Of a stretch of 64,000 bases of DNA, positions 9,077-19,249 are shown in pieces. Each line of letters starts with the position of its first letter. Position 1 is the stretch's first letter. The position numbers and the translations under genes are program-made. This DNA is from an uncultured archaeon. GTDB taxonomy: Archaea > Aenigmatarchaeota > Aenigmatarchaeia > CG10238-14 > SCSR01. The stretch is from NCBI GenBank assembly GCA_964373665.1, contig CAYJVM010000001.1, positions 93,325-157,324 of the forward strand, given 5' to 3'. Under the pieces are notes generated by a model. The model was given only the letters and a program-made list of their open reading frames with translations. It did no database searches and was not told where the DNA came from.

Positions 9077-9354
9077 AAGTCATGAAAGTATTTTTGCAGC
9101 AGAGCTTTTATCTCTTGTGAAAATCTCGGATTCAAGCTTATTTCCAAACCGTAGCTTGTAGGTTTTGACAAAATCAAACCTTTTCTAATCATCTCTTTGG
9201 TCGATTTGTCGACCTTCTTTAAACCTTCTTTATCCAAGTCTCGAATGTTCCAGCCTTTCTTTATATTGTCTAGTGAAGTATGTGCTGCGCCCCATTTACC
9301 CCTTTTATGCAATTTCAAAAGTATTCTAACTTCGACATCTTCGTCTGAAAACAT
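9067..9354 (-). CDS. hypothetical small basic protein
   Basis: An ORF with no recognised motif. Confidence 0.3.
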   Translation of the reverse strand: MFSDEDVEVRILLKLHKRGKWGAAHTSLDNIKKGWNIRDLDKEGLKKVDKSTKEMIRKGLILSKPTSYGLEISLNPRFSQEIKALLQKYFHDLGQ

Positions 9355-9413
9355 AAGTACACTTATAATACTTCGTAAGTAACATTTAAATACTTCTATG
9401 ATATACTATATTC

Positions 9414-9758
9414 ATGAAAGCCGAACCAACTTTACTCGTCGAATTTCTTGGCGACAATCCAACAATTAGGATAATCGATTTTTTTCTTGACAATAGAACA
9501 GATTACTCAAAAAATGAGATAGTGAAAGGTACTGATATGTCAAAAACAACTTTCTATAAAGTTTGGGGTAAATTGGAAAAGTTCAGAGTAGTTGTTCCAA
9601 CAAGACGATATGGAAAAGCTCAATTGTTTAAAATCAACGAGCAGAATGAGCTTGTGAAAAAATTGATTTCCTTAGAGTTTACTCTGGGTATTCAAGCAAT
9701 GAACGAAGCACTAGTAAAAGTTCCTATTAGAGCAAATCCAAGACGTAAATATAAATGA
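9414..9758 (+). CDS. winged-helix DNA-binding protein (putative regulator)
   Basis: Its wHTH-like pattern of hydrophobic and basic residues resembles TrmB/ArsR-like archaeal regulators. Confidence 0.4.
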   Translation: MKAEPTLLVEFLGDNPTIRIIDFFLDNRTDYSKNEIVKGTDMSKTTFYKVWGKLEKFRVVVPTRRYGKAQLFKINEQNELVKKLISLEFTLGIQAMNEALVKVPIRANPRRKYK

Positions 9759-9912
9759 CAAGCATTCTCAGTTTAAACTATAGCTTAGAGTGGGTTGAAA
9801 GTTGTCGAATGCAATTTTAACGGAAGTTGGTGAATGACGACAATGATTATTGTTAACTATTAATAAGTGGTAAAAGAGAAAGATTTAAGTACTTTATCAA
9901 ATAACTTGTTGT

Positions 9913-10212
9913 ATGCAATATTCAGAAGGTACAGCTACGGGGCGAGTAAGAGTAATGCAGTTGGAGGATCCGGGAATCTTCCGCTATCTGCTTAACCTCA
10001 GTTCTAAAGGTGGGAAAGATGAATACAGATGGTTTGCCCGTACAAATAGAGACGACTCGGGGAGGGAACTAAGAGATGGTGATTATGCTAGAATTAATTT
10101 TAAGCAAGATTGGCCATATATTACAATTACGGGTTCTCCGATTTCTGATGAAGAAGAGAAAGTTGTAACAGATCTCGTATATCAGGATATCAAAGTCGAC
10201 AAATTTGGATAA
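9913..10212 (+). CDS. hypothetical protein
   Basis: ORF only. Confidence 0.3.
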   Translation: MQYSEGTATGRVRVMQLEDPGIFRYLLNLSSKGGKDEYRWFARTNRDDSGRELRDGDYARINFKQDWPYITITGSPISDEEEKVVTDLVYQDIKVDKFG

Positions 10213-10219
10213 CGTATAA

Positions 10220-10501
10220 CTAAATTCCCCCTTTCTTTCTGGTGTACTTACGCGGTAGTTCCAAAATACCCAAATCTCTCGAACCTCTTGCCTTTTCCAG
10301 ATAATCCCCTACCGTTAATTCGAGATTACTTTCTCTCAAGAAATCTATATCCCCTTTTCTCAAAACTTGAAGCTGGAGAAACCTTTCTTTGCAATAGCCC
10401 ATTAAAATTCTAAGGTCATGTTGATCCTGACGCTTCCTATAGTTAACAACTTTATCCACATCCCATACTATAGCATCATAAAGTTTCGACATCATACGCA
10501 T
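10220..10501 (-). CDS. hypothetical protein
   Basis: ORF only. Confidence 0.3.
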   Translation of the reverse strand: MRMMSKLYDAIVWDVDKVVNYRKRQDQHDLRILMGYCKERFLQLQVLRKGDIDFLRESNLELTVGDYLEKARGSRDLGILELPRKYTRKKGGI

Positions 10502-10532
10502 TTAAGTGATTAACTTTAAATTTATTCAAAAT

Positions 10533-10652
10533 GGGCGAGTAGCTTAGCCTGGTTGGAGCACTCGAACTTAGGTGAAGCTGATAGCAATCAGGCAGACACC
10601 GAGAAAGAGTAAACTTCGGGAGCGGTCAAGAGTTCAAATCTCTTCTCGCCCA
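10533..10652 (+). tRNA. tRNA with ~45-nt intron (isotype unresolved)
   Basis: The acceptor stem is GGGCGAG/CTCGCCC, the D-arm is GCTT-AGCCTGGTTG-GAGC, and the T-arm is AAGAG-TTCAAAT-CTCTT. A long insertion interrupts the anticodon region. Confidence 0.6.
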
Positions 10653-10807
10653 CTTTTATGACCAAACAAGACGAATTAGTTTCCAAAGATGATCTAGAAG
10701 CTATAATTCAAGGAAGAAAATATTTTAGAGACAGGAGAACAAAATCTTTATCCGCGATAAAGAGAAGGTTAAAACTATAGTGCTTGACATAAAAATTCTA
10801 AAAATGC

Positions 10808-11185
10808 TTGATTACAATGATAAAGTACTACAAGGCGCCTGACATAGAAATGACGGTAAGAGAAGTCTTTGCCAAGCTCGGCATGGACCATGACATCTCG
10901 CGGGTAGCATGCATACGGAGCAGGGGCTCGCAAAGCAGAAGGACGTTGGCAAGGTGCCATACTATTTCCAAGGCTGTCCAGACAGGGCTAGACATCAAGG
11001 CTCATTATGTCATTGAAGTGATTTCTGAGAATTTCGACAAGCTCAGCGACGAGGAGAAGGTGAAGACCATAATCCATGAGCTCATGCACATACCTAAGGC
11101 ATTTGGCGGCGGTTTCAAAGGACATGGTTATGTGAACAGGAGAACAGTCGATGGCATGTACAGTAAATTCAAGTCCCGCCTCTAA
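10808..11185 (+). CDS. putative HExxH zinc metallopeptidase
   Basis: It contains the motif HELMHIPKAFGGGFKGH. Confidence 0.4.
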   Translation: MITMIKYYKAPDIEMTVREVFAKLGMDHDISRVACIRSRGSQSRRTLARCHTISKAVQTGLDIKAHYVIEVISENFDKLSDEEKVKTIIHELMHIPKAFGGGFKGHGYVNRRTVDGMYSKFKSRL

Positions 11186-11454
11186 TCCCTTCTTTTCAAC
11201 CACCAATTCTTCAGCACGTTGTATGTCTCGGTCGATATCCAGTATCCCGTCACCGCAAAAATTGCATTTAACAGAGCCATATCGCCTCCAGAGATGACAG
11301 TAAAGAAATAAACCAGAGTAAACGTGACAAAAGCGATGAAAGCAGTTCTGGTCTTGCTTGTTTCCCAAGCCTTATCGGCTTCCACCTTCTTGTTCCTTAA
11401 CTTTATCTTGTTTATCTCCTCTTCCAATTCCTTCCGAGTCGCCATAAGTAACAA
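11182..11454 (-). CDS. small membrane protein
   Basis: A coiled-coil N-terminus followed by two transmembrane helices. Confidence 0.3.
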   Translation of the reverse strand: MLLMATRKELEEEINKIKLRNKKVEADKAWETSKTRTAFIAFVTFTLVYFFTVISGGDMALLNAIFAVTGYWISTETYNVLKNWWLKRRD

Positions 11455-11496
11455 GTATCTGATTTAATATTTATAACACAACTCTAATAGAATATT

Positions 11497-11709
11497 ATGA
11501 CGCACATCAAACTCCAAGACATTTACAAAGAGCTTAGGAAAATCGAGAGCAGAATGGCTACGAAAGAAGAAGTACATGCCCTAGCCGACACTTTCGAAAT
11601 CCTCGCCAGCAAAAGAACAGTACATGCTATAAGAAAGAGTGAACAGGACATAAAGAAGGGCAGGGTAAAGAAGGTCGATTCTGTCAAAGACCTGATGAAA
11701 GAGATGTAA
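11497..11709 (+). CDS. type II antitoxin (partner of RelE/ParE toxin)
   Basis: A 70-aa ORF 1 nt upstream of the RelE-like toxin. It is a small, charged, helical protein. Confidence 0.5.
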   Translation: MTHIKLQDIYKELRKIESRMATKEEVHALADTFEILASKRTVHAIRKSEQDIKKGRVKKVDSVKDLMKEM

Positions 11710-11710
11710 A

Positions 11711-11974
11711 ATGTATGAAGTCCTCAGAACAGATACTTTTCTGGAAGAGCTAAAGAGGTTCAAGAGAAACAAACAATTACTTGTAGAGTTGGATAAGAAA
11801 ATCCAAAGGTTAAAGGAAGACCCGCACAACGTAGGCGGTAACTTGTCAAGAAGTTTGAAAGGTCACAAGTCGACAAGGTTGGCTAAAAAGTTTCGGCTTG
11901 TGTTTAGAATTGATGAACATTCAAGGAAGATCTATCTAGAAGCCATCGATCATCGAGAATACATATATGAGTAA
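11711..11974 (+). CDS. RelE/ParE-family toxin
   Basis: The motif KFRLVFRIDEHSRKIYLEAIDHR matches the RelE/StbE C-terminal signature. Confidence 0.65.
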   Translation: MYEVLRTDTFLEELKRFKRNKQLLVELDKKIQRLKEDPHNVGGNLSRSLKGHKSTRLAKKFRLVFRIDEHSRKIYLEAIDHREYIYE

Positions 11975-13058
11975 TGATTTTATGAAGGATAGAATAAAGA
12001 GGGTATTTTCAAACCTGGACGATAAAGTGGATGCAGTCCTGATTTCCAACGCGGAGCATCCCAGCATAGACCTAAACTTCTTTTACATAACTGGCATACG
12101 TTCCGGAAGCTTCGCACATGCTTATGCCCTAGTAAAGCGGAACGGTGACAAAATCCTGATTACAAACCAATTGGAGGAGCAGATAGCCAGGGAAGAAAGC
12201 GATTTCCAAGTCGTTATTGTCAAGTCTAAGGACGACATGAAGAAATTGCTGTCAGGTATCAAAGTTCTCGGGATAAACTTTGAAGGCATAACCCACGCCA
12301 AGTTCTCCAAGGCGAAAGGATATACAAAGGCCAAGATTGTGGATGTTTCAAGTGCCTTGTGTGAGGCACGCTCGATAAAGGATAAGAAGGAGATAGAGAA
12401 CATCTCAAAGGCATGCGAGATATCAGTTTATGTGGCAGGTATGATACCATCGTTGGTTACAAAAGGCATGACCGAGAGGGAACTTGCAGGAAGAATGAAT
12501 TCTGTTATGATGGAAAAGGCAACCGGGCTTGCATTCCCAACAATCGTCGCATTCGGCACAAACTCTTCCAAACCACACTATCTTCCATCTGATAGTAGGC
12601 TTGGCAAGAATCAGTTTGTATTGGCGGACTTTGGGGCGGAGGTTGACAGATATGCGTCGGACATAACTAGGACTTTTATCTTTCGAAAGGCGTCCAAGGA
12701 AATGAGAGAGATGTACGAGACTGTGCTTGACGCCCAGATGCAGGCTATCGACATGGTAAAGGACGGCGTGAATGGGAGGGAAATCGACAAGTTTGCACGC
12801 GATATCGTGGAGAGAAATTACAAGGGGATGTTCATACACAATCTTGGGCATGAGGTTGGAATGTCTGTGCACGATGGAAGGAGCCTGGGCCCAAATTCGG
12901 ACTTTATGCTGAAGGAAAACATGGTGGTGACAGTCGAGCCTGGGGTCTACATTCCGTCAATAGGCGGTGTTAGGATAGAGGACACAGTGGTTGTAAGGAA
13001 AGGCAAGGCCAAGGTATTGACAAACTCTACAAAAGACTTGATACAACTGCAAACATGA
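11967..13058 (+). CDS. M24-family Xaa-Pro aminopeptidase/prolidase
   Basis: Metal-ligand blocks DFGAEVDRYASDITRT, HNLGHEVG and VEPGVY, plus the typical creatinase-like N-terminal domain. Confidence 0.8.
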   Translation: MSNDFMKDRIKRVFSNLDDKVDAVLISNAEHPSIDLNFFYITGIRSGSFAHAYALVKRNGDKILITNQLEEQIAREESDFQVVIVKSKDDMKKLLSGIKVLGINFEGITHAKFSKAKGYTKAKIVDVSSALCEARSIKDKKEIENISKACEISVYVAGMIPSLVTKGMTERELAGRMNSVMMEKATGLAFPTIVAFGTNSSKPHYLPSDSRLGKNQFVLADFGAEVDRYASDITRTFIFRKASKEMREMYETVLDAQMQAIDMVKDGVNGREIDKFARDIVERNYKGMFIHNLGHEVGMSVHDGRSLGPNSDFMLKENMVVTVEPGVYIPSIGGVRIEDTVVVRKGKAKVLTNSTKDLIQLQT

Positions 13059-13061
13059 TAG

Positions 13062-13451
13062 CTATCGACGAATTTGGGTTGGAGTGTAGTGTTGCAAAAT
13101 TCGAGACAACTCTTTCATTTCTTCATGCAACTTTTCTCTATTTTTTGTAACTCTATTTACATTAATGTAGGGCACATCAATTTGGTCTGGTGTGCCTTCA
13201 TCGAGAATAATGATACCTACACCTCCTAATGATTGCCATCCATTGTTTTCCAAATATCGTGATAGAGCAATAGTATCTGCTGCTCTCCATTCAGGATTAG
13301 CGAGCAGGAGTGACATATGATATTCGAGCACAGTAAATCCGCGGAACGAGCCGATATAGTTTGGTCCTCCTCTCCACAAAGCTTCCATAGAAGCGTCGAT
13401 TAGACCAGGTATATTATGAGTAAAATCTCTCTTGCAGCGATACATATACAA
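13062..13451 (-). CDS. hypothetical protein
   Basis: ORF only. Confidence 0.3.
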   Translation of the reverse strand: MYMYRCKRDFTHNIPGLIDASMEALWRGGPNYIGSFRGFTVLEYHMSLLLANPEWRAADTIALSRYLENNGWQSLGGVGIIILDEGTPDQIDVPYINVNRVTKNREKLHEEMKELSRILQHYTPTQIRR

Positions 13452-13507
13452 ACTCTCTTGTTAAGACATTTAAAACTTTTAAAACAACAAATGTAAACTA
13501 GATTTAG

Positions 13508-13620
13508 GCTCCCTTCGTCTAGCCCGGTCAAGGATACAGCCCTTTCGAGTTGTCTCAGAAAGGTTTGATGCAAGATGATAAAGCAAGGCTGTAACGCGGG
13601 TTCAAATCCCGCAGGGAGCA
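13508..13620 (+). tRNA. tRNA-Glu(TTC) with ~38-nt intron
   Basis: The acceptor stem is GCTCCCT/AGGGAGC, the D-loop is AGCCCGGTCAA, the anticodon stem is CAGCC/GGCTG with loop CTTTCG, and the T-arm is GCGGG-TTCAAAT-CCCGC. The intron sits next to the anticodon loop. Confidence 0.75.
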
Positions 13621-13855
13621 TTCCTAATTTGGGATATTAGGATTGCTGAAAAATTGAACGCTTTTAAATCGTAATGTCAGATGTAGTTCCCTTCTTGCCG
13701 AACTGGGCAGCAATAGACTCGTCGCCAAGAAATGTGAAATTTATGGACTTTATGAAAGAATTATCGTTGGATTTAATATATTGATTGATAAGCAAGCAGT
13801 TGAATTTTATTTACAGTTGTTTATCGTGTACTGTACGACGTGTTTCTGACTATGA

Positions 13856-14524
13856 TCACTCAGACTTTCCGCGGGGTTTTCTTGTCGTCCAAAACTCTGC
13901 CATACCATTTAAATCAATAGAAAGTATTTGTTCATAAATCTCTCCAAGTCCAGATGAGTCAAACAAATCACTTTTCCTTTTCCATTTATTCAGCTCACCC
14001 TCAGTAGCTGTATCCCTATAAGGAAAAACATCTTTGTAAACCGATTCTATACCTTCGGTTTCATAACCTGCAGGCAATTGTATTAACTCCTCTGCTACCG
14101 CTTGCAAAATGGCTTTCGCGTTAGCTCGTCCTCTCCCCCTAAGTGCCAATTGGGATTCCAATTCAGACAGCACCTTACCAACATATACCTGACGAACATC
14201 GGGCTGGAGCTTGGCAATTCTTTGACGCGGACCTTCGTACTCATTTCCATATCCAGGATTAGCGAAACCACTATACCAGTTGGCCTCCAAAACTGATGCA
14301 GGAATTATAGTGTCATTAACTGTATATTTCGGAGGATCTCGTGCACCAACACCAAATCCCCTATTGGCAACTAGCAACCCTTCTGGAGACAATCCCATCG
14401 TTTCCAATGTCCTTACAGTTACGTAACCACCCCTTGAGAACAATATGTCCATTTCTCTCAGCGCCTGTACAGCATCCATATTTAGACAATAGAAAGCTAA
14501 ATATAAAACATTTATGAAATCCAA
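13856..14524 (-). CDS. conserved hypothetical protein
   Basis: A 222-aa ORF with no motif I recognise. Confidence 0.35.
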   Translation of the reverse strand: MDFINVLYLAFYCLNMDAVQALREMDILFSRGGYVTVRTLETMGLSPEGLLVANRGFGVGARDPPKYTVNDTIIPASVLEANWYSGFANPGYGNEYEGPRQRIAKLQPDVRQVYVGKVLSELESQLALRGRGRANAKAILQAVAEELIQLPAGYETEGIESVYKDVFPYRDTATEGELNKWKRKSDLFDSSGLGEIYEQILSIDLNGMAEFWTTRKPRGKSE

Positions 14525-14912
14525 AATGCCAAAAACGGAAAAGGAGTGGAAGAAAACATTGAAGCCGGAAGAATACTATGTCCTCCGTGAAAAGGGTACT
14601 GAAACACCGTTCACCGGAAAGCTCCTGCACAACAAGAAGAAAGGCTCCTACATGTGCGCAGGCTGCGGCACCGAACTATTCACTTCAGATAAAAAATACG
14701 ATTCCGGCACAGGTTGGCCAAGCTTTTGGGACGCGAACAATAAGAACATAAAACTCAGGGAGGACAACAGCCACTTTATAAAGCGGATACAAGTCGTATG
14801 CAAGAAATGCGGCGGCCACCTGGGGCATGTCTTTGATGACGGCCCGAAGCAAAGCGGCAAAAGGTTCTGCATCAATTCATGTTCGCTTAACTTCAAGGAG
14901 AAAAAATCCTAA
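14514..14912 (+). CDS. msrB: peptide-methionine (R)-S-oxide reductase MsrB
   Basis: Two CxxC pairs (CAGCG and CKKCGGHLGHVF) plus the SelR signature GTGWPSF. Confidence 0.85.
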   Translation: MKSKMPKTEKEWKKTLKPEEYYVLREKGTETPFTGKLLHNKKKGSYMCAGCGTELFTSDKKYDSGTGWPSFWDANNKNIKLREDNSHFIKRIQVVCKKCGGHLGHVFDDGPKQSGKRFCINSCSLNFKEKKS

Positions 14913-15044
14913 CGCTCTGGCATAGTATTTCACATATACGATTATCTTCCTAATGACTCTGACTGAAGTATGATATTTTGGAACGCGTACTGGGGATTGG
15001 CATTTCTTCTAATGATGCTTTACATCCTCATGTGAGATTATGCA

Positions 15045-15065
15045 ATACAAAGTCTTATAAAATCT
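15045..15065 (+). promoter_or_regulatory. putative archaeal TATA/BRE promoter of ATP synthase operon
   Basis: A cttataaaat element lies ~55 nt upstream of the atpH start. Confidence 0.3.
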
Positions 15066-15111
15066 GCAAACCAGCTTAACTTTAGGTCGATCGAAGGAGT
15101 CCAAGGGTTGT

Positions 15112-15444
15112 ATGGCGATGGGTCTGGAAACCATCCAAAAGGTAAAAGAATTGGAAGATAGGTCAGACCAACTTATACAGCAGGCGGAGATTAAAAAAAA
15201 AGAACTGATTGAAAAGGCCAACGCCAATGCGCTGGAGATTTCTACCAAGTCCTATGAACAGGCCGTAGCTGACAGGCAGAAAAGGCTGCAGGAGCTCGAG
15301 GCAAAGATTTCTAAAGAGAAGGAGAAAATATCCAAGGACACCGAAAGGCACATAGAGGGCATCCTTTCCAAGTCCGAAGAATTCGTCAAAAGCATAGACA
15401 GGATCGTGTCCCAGTTCCTCGCGAAAGTGAAAGAGGGGAACTGA
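15112..15444 (+). CDS. atpH: A-type ATP synthase subunit H
   Basis: A 110-aa coiled-coil protein at the head of the A-ATPase operon. Confidence 0.6.
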   Translation: MAMGLETIQKVKELEDRSDQLIQQAEIKKKELIEKANANALEISTKSYEQAVADRQKRLQELEAKISKEKEKISKDTERHIEGILSKSEEFVKSIDRIVSQFLAKVKEGN

Positions 15445-17232
15445 ATGTTGGCTCCCGAGCATATGGTAAAGGTGAGAATACTCGGAAGCAGGAACCAGAT
15501 GAAGAAGGTCGTAAGCGAGCTTTACGGCATGAAGCTGCTGCATATAACAGAGTTCCCGCAGGCAGGAAAGTTTGAGACGGGAAAACCGTTCAAGGAAGCT
15601 GAATTCTACTCCAAGCATCTCATCAAGCTGCGCTCGATGATATCGTTTTTGGGACTAAATGGCGACGGCAAGAAAGTCTACGTCAAGGCCAACTTGAAGA
15701 AGCTCCTCAAGGCCGAGAAGGAGTTTGAAAAGCTGAGCATGAGCTTGGAAAAACTGAAGGAGAGAAAGGCCATGCTTGAGCAGGCGATAGGAAATCCAAT
15801 CTCGATGATAGCGACACAGTCAGACAAGATTTCAAAACCCAGATCGCTGAGGACGTTCGTCGGAGTTGCCGACAAGGCATTAATTGAAAGTATTGAAGAA
15901 TCAAGCTTGAGCCACGAGTTGGTCCATAAGCAGATCGGCAATAAAATCGCATTAATATTCACAGTCCCGGCGAAAGACGAAGCCAAGGCGGTCGACTTGC
16001 TGAACGAATTCAATTTCGAGGAAAAGCAGCTTCCTGAGATGAGGCATGAAGATGCCGCCAAGGAGCTTGGCGAAGCAAATGTAAAAATATCCGATATAGA
16101 ATCAAAGTTCAAGCATTTTTCAAAAGAGAATGAAACCCTCGTGCTGAATATGGAGCACAGCTTCACCGAACTTATCGAGAAAAGCGAGGCGCCTCTGAGC
16201 TTTATGGTGTCGAAAAGGACGTTCGTCGTCGAGGGCTGGGTGCCGAAGGAAAGTTATGAAATGCTTGAAAGGAAAATATCATCTGCCGCCCTGAATAAGG
16301 TTAGCTTGGAAACGCTGGAGACTGTAGAGTCGCCTCCGATAAAATTGAACAACCCCAAGCCGGCGCAGCCGTTTGAGGAGCTGTTGAAGATGTATGCGTA
16401 TCCAAAGATACACGAATTCGATCCTACAGTAATACTTCTTTTCACGTTCTCAGCTTTTTTCGGCTTTATGCTAGGCGACATCGGCTACGGGCTTTTCCTT
16501 CTTGCATTATCGTCCTTTTTATTCGTCAAGCTCAAGGGCGCTATGAAGTCAATATCGTACGTCATGATTTTCTGCTCCTTGTCCGCCATAGTTTTCGGCG
16601 CCGTATTCGGCGAGTTCTTCGGCATCGAGATCATACATCCGCTAATACAGAGGGCACATAATGTGCAGACCATGATATTGATATCGGTTATACTAGGCAT
16701 GATCCACATAACCGCGGGATTCGCATTGGGCTTTATCACAAAGATGAAAGATCACGGTTTCATGCACGCTCTATTCGAGAAGGGCTCATGGATACTTGTC
16801 GAGGTTGCGGCTGTGGCACTGGCGCTAGGAATAATGATGCCTATGCAGCCTCTTGTGTATGCAGGAGGTGCTCTTATGGCAGTGTCTGTCCTTATGCTGC
16901 TGAAGGGTGAAGGCATAAAGGGCGTGATAGAACTTCCCGGGCTACTCGCCAATGTGCTCTCCTACATAAGATTGTTCGCCGTCGGACTGGCTTCAGTCTC
17001 CCTGGCGATGGTCGTCAATAAATTGGGAGGCTCTATGATGCAGAACGGAGGCCTGTGGATTTTTGCAGCGGCTATGGTCTTCACACTGGGCCATGCAATC
17101 AACATCGCTCTTGGAGCCATCGGTCCGTTCCTTCAGACGCTCCGTCTTCACTATTTCGAGTTCTTCGCCAAGTTCATCGAGGGTGGAGGCAGTCCTTATA
17201 TCCCTTTTGGGAAAATAAAGAAATGGAGGTAG
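15445..17232 (+). CDS. atpI: A-type ATP synthase subunit I (a subunit)
   Basis: A soluble N-terminal domain followed by a C-terminal polytopic membrane domain containing the conserved Arg, in operon context. Confidence 0.85.
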   Translation: MLAPEHMVKVRILGSRNQMKKVVSELYGMKLLHITEFPQAGKFETGKPFKEAEFYSKHLIKLRSMISFLGLNGDGKKVYVKANLKKLLKAEKEFEKLSMSLEKLKERKAMLEQAIGNPISMIATQSDKISKPRSLRTFVGVADKALIESIEESSLSHELVHKQIGNKIALIFTVPAKDEAKAVDLLNEFNFEEKQLPEMRHEDAAKELGEANVKISDIESKFKHFSKENETLVLNMEHSFTELIEKSEAPLSFMVSKRTFVVEGWVPKESYEMLERKISSAALNKVSLETLETVESPPIKLNNPKPAQPFEELLKMYAYPKIHEFDPTVILLFTFSAFFGFMLGDIGYGLFLLALSSFLFVKLKGAMKSISYVMIFCSLSAIVFGAVFGEFFGIEIIHPLIQRAHNVQTMILISVILGMIHITAGFALGFITKMKDHGFMHALFEKGSWILVEVAAVALALGIMMPMQPLVYAGGALMAVSVLMLLKGEGIKGVIELPGLLANVLSYIRLFAVGLASVSLAMVVNKLGGSMMQNGGLWIFAAAMVFTLGHAINIALGAIGPFLQTLRLHYFEFFAKFIEGGGSPYIPFGKIKKWR

Positions 17233-17239
17233 ATAGCAA

Positions 17240-17467
17240 ATGGTTGAAGTAAACACAGGCCTTATAGCAATTGGGGCTGGCCTAGCCATAGGACTATCGG
17301 CGCTCGGTGCAGGCATCGCAGAAAAGGATATAGGCGCGGCTGCAGTGGGGGCAAGTGCAGAGAAGGAGGGCTTTTTCGCAAAGGGCCTTATCATGACTGT
17401 GCTTCCAGAGACGCTGGTAATCTTCGGGCTGGTAGTTGCCATACTCATACTGGGAATGGCCGAGTAA
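17240..17467 (+). CDS. atpK: A-type ATP synthase subunit K (proteolipid c)
   Basis: A 75-aa hairpin of two Gly/Ala-rich transmembrane helices with the ion-binding Glu in helix 2 (VLPETL). Confidence 0.85.
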   Translation: MVEVNTGLIAIGAGLAIGLSALGAGIAEKDIGAAAVGASAEKEGFFAKGLIMTVLPETLVIFGLVVAILILGMAE

Positions 17468-17471
17468 ATTC

Positions 17472-18041
17472 ATGCAAGGTGGAAGATTGGCACTGGAAGA
17501 CGTGATAGAAGAGATAGAAAGGCAGACTAGATCCAGTGTGGAGAATGTAATGAAAGAAGCGGAGAAGGAATCAGAAAGAATAAAATCCCAAGCGCAAAAG
17601 GAATCAGAAAAGCGTGCGTCTGAATTCAAGGAGGAAACAAAGCGGATGCTGGAAGAGAGGAACAGCTCCGAGACGCTTGCCGCCAAGGTCAAGCAGAAGA
17701 GGATGATACTTGCTGCGAAGAAGATGGCCGCCGACAGCATCTTCGAAAGCATAAAGCAGAAACTTTCCGCAGTGAGCGAGAAGGAGAAGGAATCTATCAT
17801 CGGACTGCTTGTGGAAAGGGCTAGGAAAGAGTTGCCGGATGCAAAGTACATATACTCCAACCAAGCAGACAAAAAGTCCGCGGAAAAGTCTGGATTGGAA
17901 TTCGCAGGTATCATTGACTGCATGGGCGGCGTTATAGTTGAAGACGGCACCAAGTCGGTAAGAGTGAACATGACGTTCGACAGGCTGTTCGAAGAATTCA
18001 AGGAGGGTATAAATGCAGAGATTACAAAGGTTCTCCAGTAG
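17472..18041 (+). CDS. atpE: A-type ATP synthase subunit E
   Basis: A ~190-aa charged helical protein in the E position of the operon. The start was set at the ATG just after the atpK stop. Confidence 0.7.
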   Translation: MQGGRLALEDVIEEIERQTRSSVENVMKEAEKESERIKSQAQKESEKRASEFKEETKRMLEERNSSETLAAKVKQKRMILAAKKMAADSIFESIKQKLSAVSEKEKESIIGLLVERARKELPDAKYIYSNQADKKSAEKSGLEFAGIIDCMGGVIVEDGTKSVRVNMTFDRLFEEFKEGINAEITKVLQ

Positions 18042-18933
18042 CGGAACAGGATACGTGTACACTAACACGCGCGTACGCGTGCTCAAGTCCAAGCTTCTTT
18101 CAAGGGACGACATGGAAAAGATAATGAAGATGTCAATCTCCGAAATAGCAAGGTTCCTGCAGGAGAGGGAATACAAAAAAGAGTTCGACGACCTGGGAAG
18201 GGTTCTCTCAGGCACGAATTTGATCGAGTATGCCTTGAACAGGAACATGGAAAACCAGTTCTCTTCAATTCTGAGATTCTCTGTCAGAGGCGCAAGAATG
18301 GAATTGCATTCATATCTCAAGAGGTTCGATGTCATGAACATCAAGACGGTTTTGCGGGGAAAGATGTCGGGCATAAAGAACGACGCGATACTGAACGAGC
18401 TTATAGTCGCTGGCGAATTGAACAGGCAATTCTTTAGGGAAATTTTAGAAAAGTCAAAGACGTTTGAGGATGCTGTGGAAAGCTTCAAAGGGACGAAATA
18501 TTATCCTGTTTTGAAATCGAACCAAAGCAGCATGCCTAACTTGGAGGATGGGCTGGACAGGCTCTATTACGGAAAGCTTCTGCAGAATGTAAGCAAGCCA
18601 CTCGCGGAATTTATAAAATACGAGATAACGGCGAAGAACATTGCTTTGGGAGCAAGGGCGAGAAGGCATGGCGTGGAGTTCAAGCCGTTGAAAGGCGGGA
18701 GAAAGATAGCTGAAGAATCAATTGACTCGGTAGAACTGCGCACGAGACTCAGGAAGGATTTCATCCAAAGGGCGTTGAAAATTGTCAGCATGTTTTCTCG
18801 CGACATCATGCCGGTTGTCGCATATTTCATAGCAAAGGAGAACGAGATCAGCAACATCAGGATTGTCGTAAGGGGGAAGAAGGCTGGTTTGGAAGAGTTT
18901 GCGATAAGGCGGCAATTGGTGGTGGGTGGTTGA
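18013..18933 (+). CDS. atpC: A-type ATP synthase subunit C
   Basis: A ~300-aa helical protein at the C position of the operon. Confidence 0.7.
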   Translation: MQRLQRFSSSGTGYVYTNTRVRVLKSKLLSRDDMEKIMKMSISEIARFLQEREYKKEFDDLGRVLSGTNLIEYALNRNMENQFSSILRFSVRGARMELHSYLKRFDVMNIKTVLRGKMSGIKNDAILNELIVAGELNRQFFREILEKSKTFEDAVESFKGTKYYPVLKSNQSSMPNLEDGLDRLYYGKLLQNVSKPLAEFIKYEITAKNIALGARARRHGVEFKPLKGGRKIAEESIDSVELRTRLRKDFIQRALKIVSMFSRDIMPVVAYFIAKENEISNIRIVVRGKKAGLEEFAIRRQLVVGG

Positions 18934-19249
18934 GATGGAGATAGCTGTTGTTGGGGACGACGATTTCACAGCCGGCTTTATGTTAGCCGGCGTCAGGCGC
19001 CATTACGAGCCTGGCGAAAACATAAACCAGACGATGGAGGAGATTATGAAAACCAAGGAAATAGGAATCGTCATCATGGAAGAAAAAGATTATAATATCA
19101 TCAATCCCAAGTTAAAAGAGGTCTTGGAAAACAAGGCGCAGCCGGTCATTGTGCCTTTGGCAAAAGAAGGAAAGGGGGACGACTTGAGGAAATACATCAA
19201 GAGGACTTTAGGTGTTGATCTATGGCAGAAGGAAAAATCTACAGAATAA
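18926..19249 (+). CDS. atpF: A-type ATP synthase subunit F
   Basis: A ~100-aa protein with [19 protein letters not shown], which is typical of subunit F. Confidence 0.75.
   Translation: MVEMEIAVVGDDDFTAGFMLAGVRRHYEPGENINQTMEEIMKTKEIGIVIMEEKDYNIINPKLKEVLENKAQPVIVPLAKEGKGDDLRKYIKRTLGVDLWQKEKSTE

Noticed and set aside
13400-13621. A 73-aa minus-strand ORF
   Set aside because: It is antisense to and overlaps tRNA-Glu (13508-13620), so it is an artefact of the structured GC-rich tRNA sequence.
15163-18488. Several 150-300-aa minus-strand ORFs antisense to the ATP synthase genes (for example 15163-15618, 16993-17448, 17294-18001, 17604-18488)
   Set aside because: They lie opposite strongly conserved ATPase coding sequence and show low-complexity Ser/Leu-rich translations typical of antisense frames.
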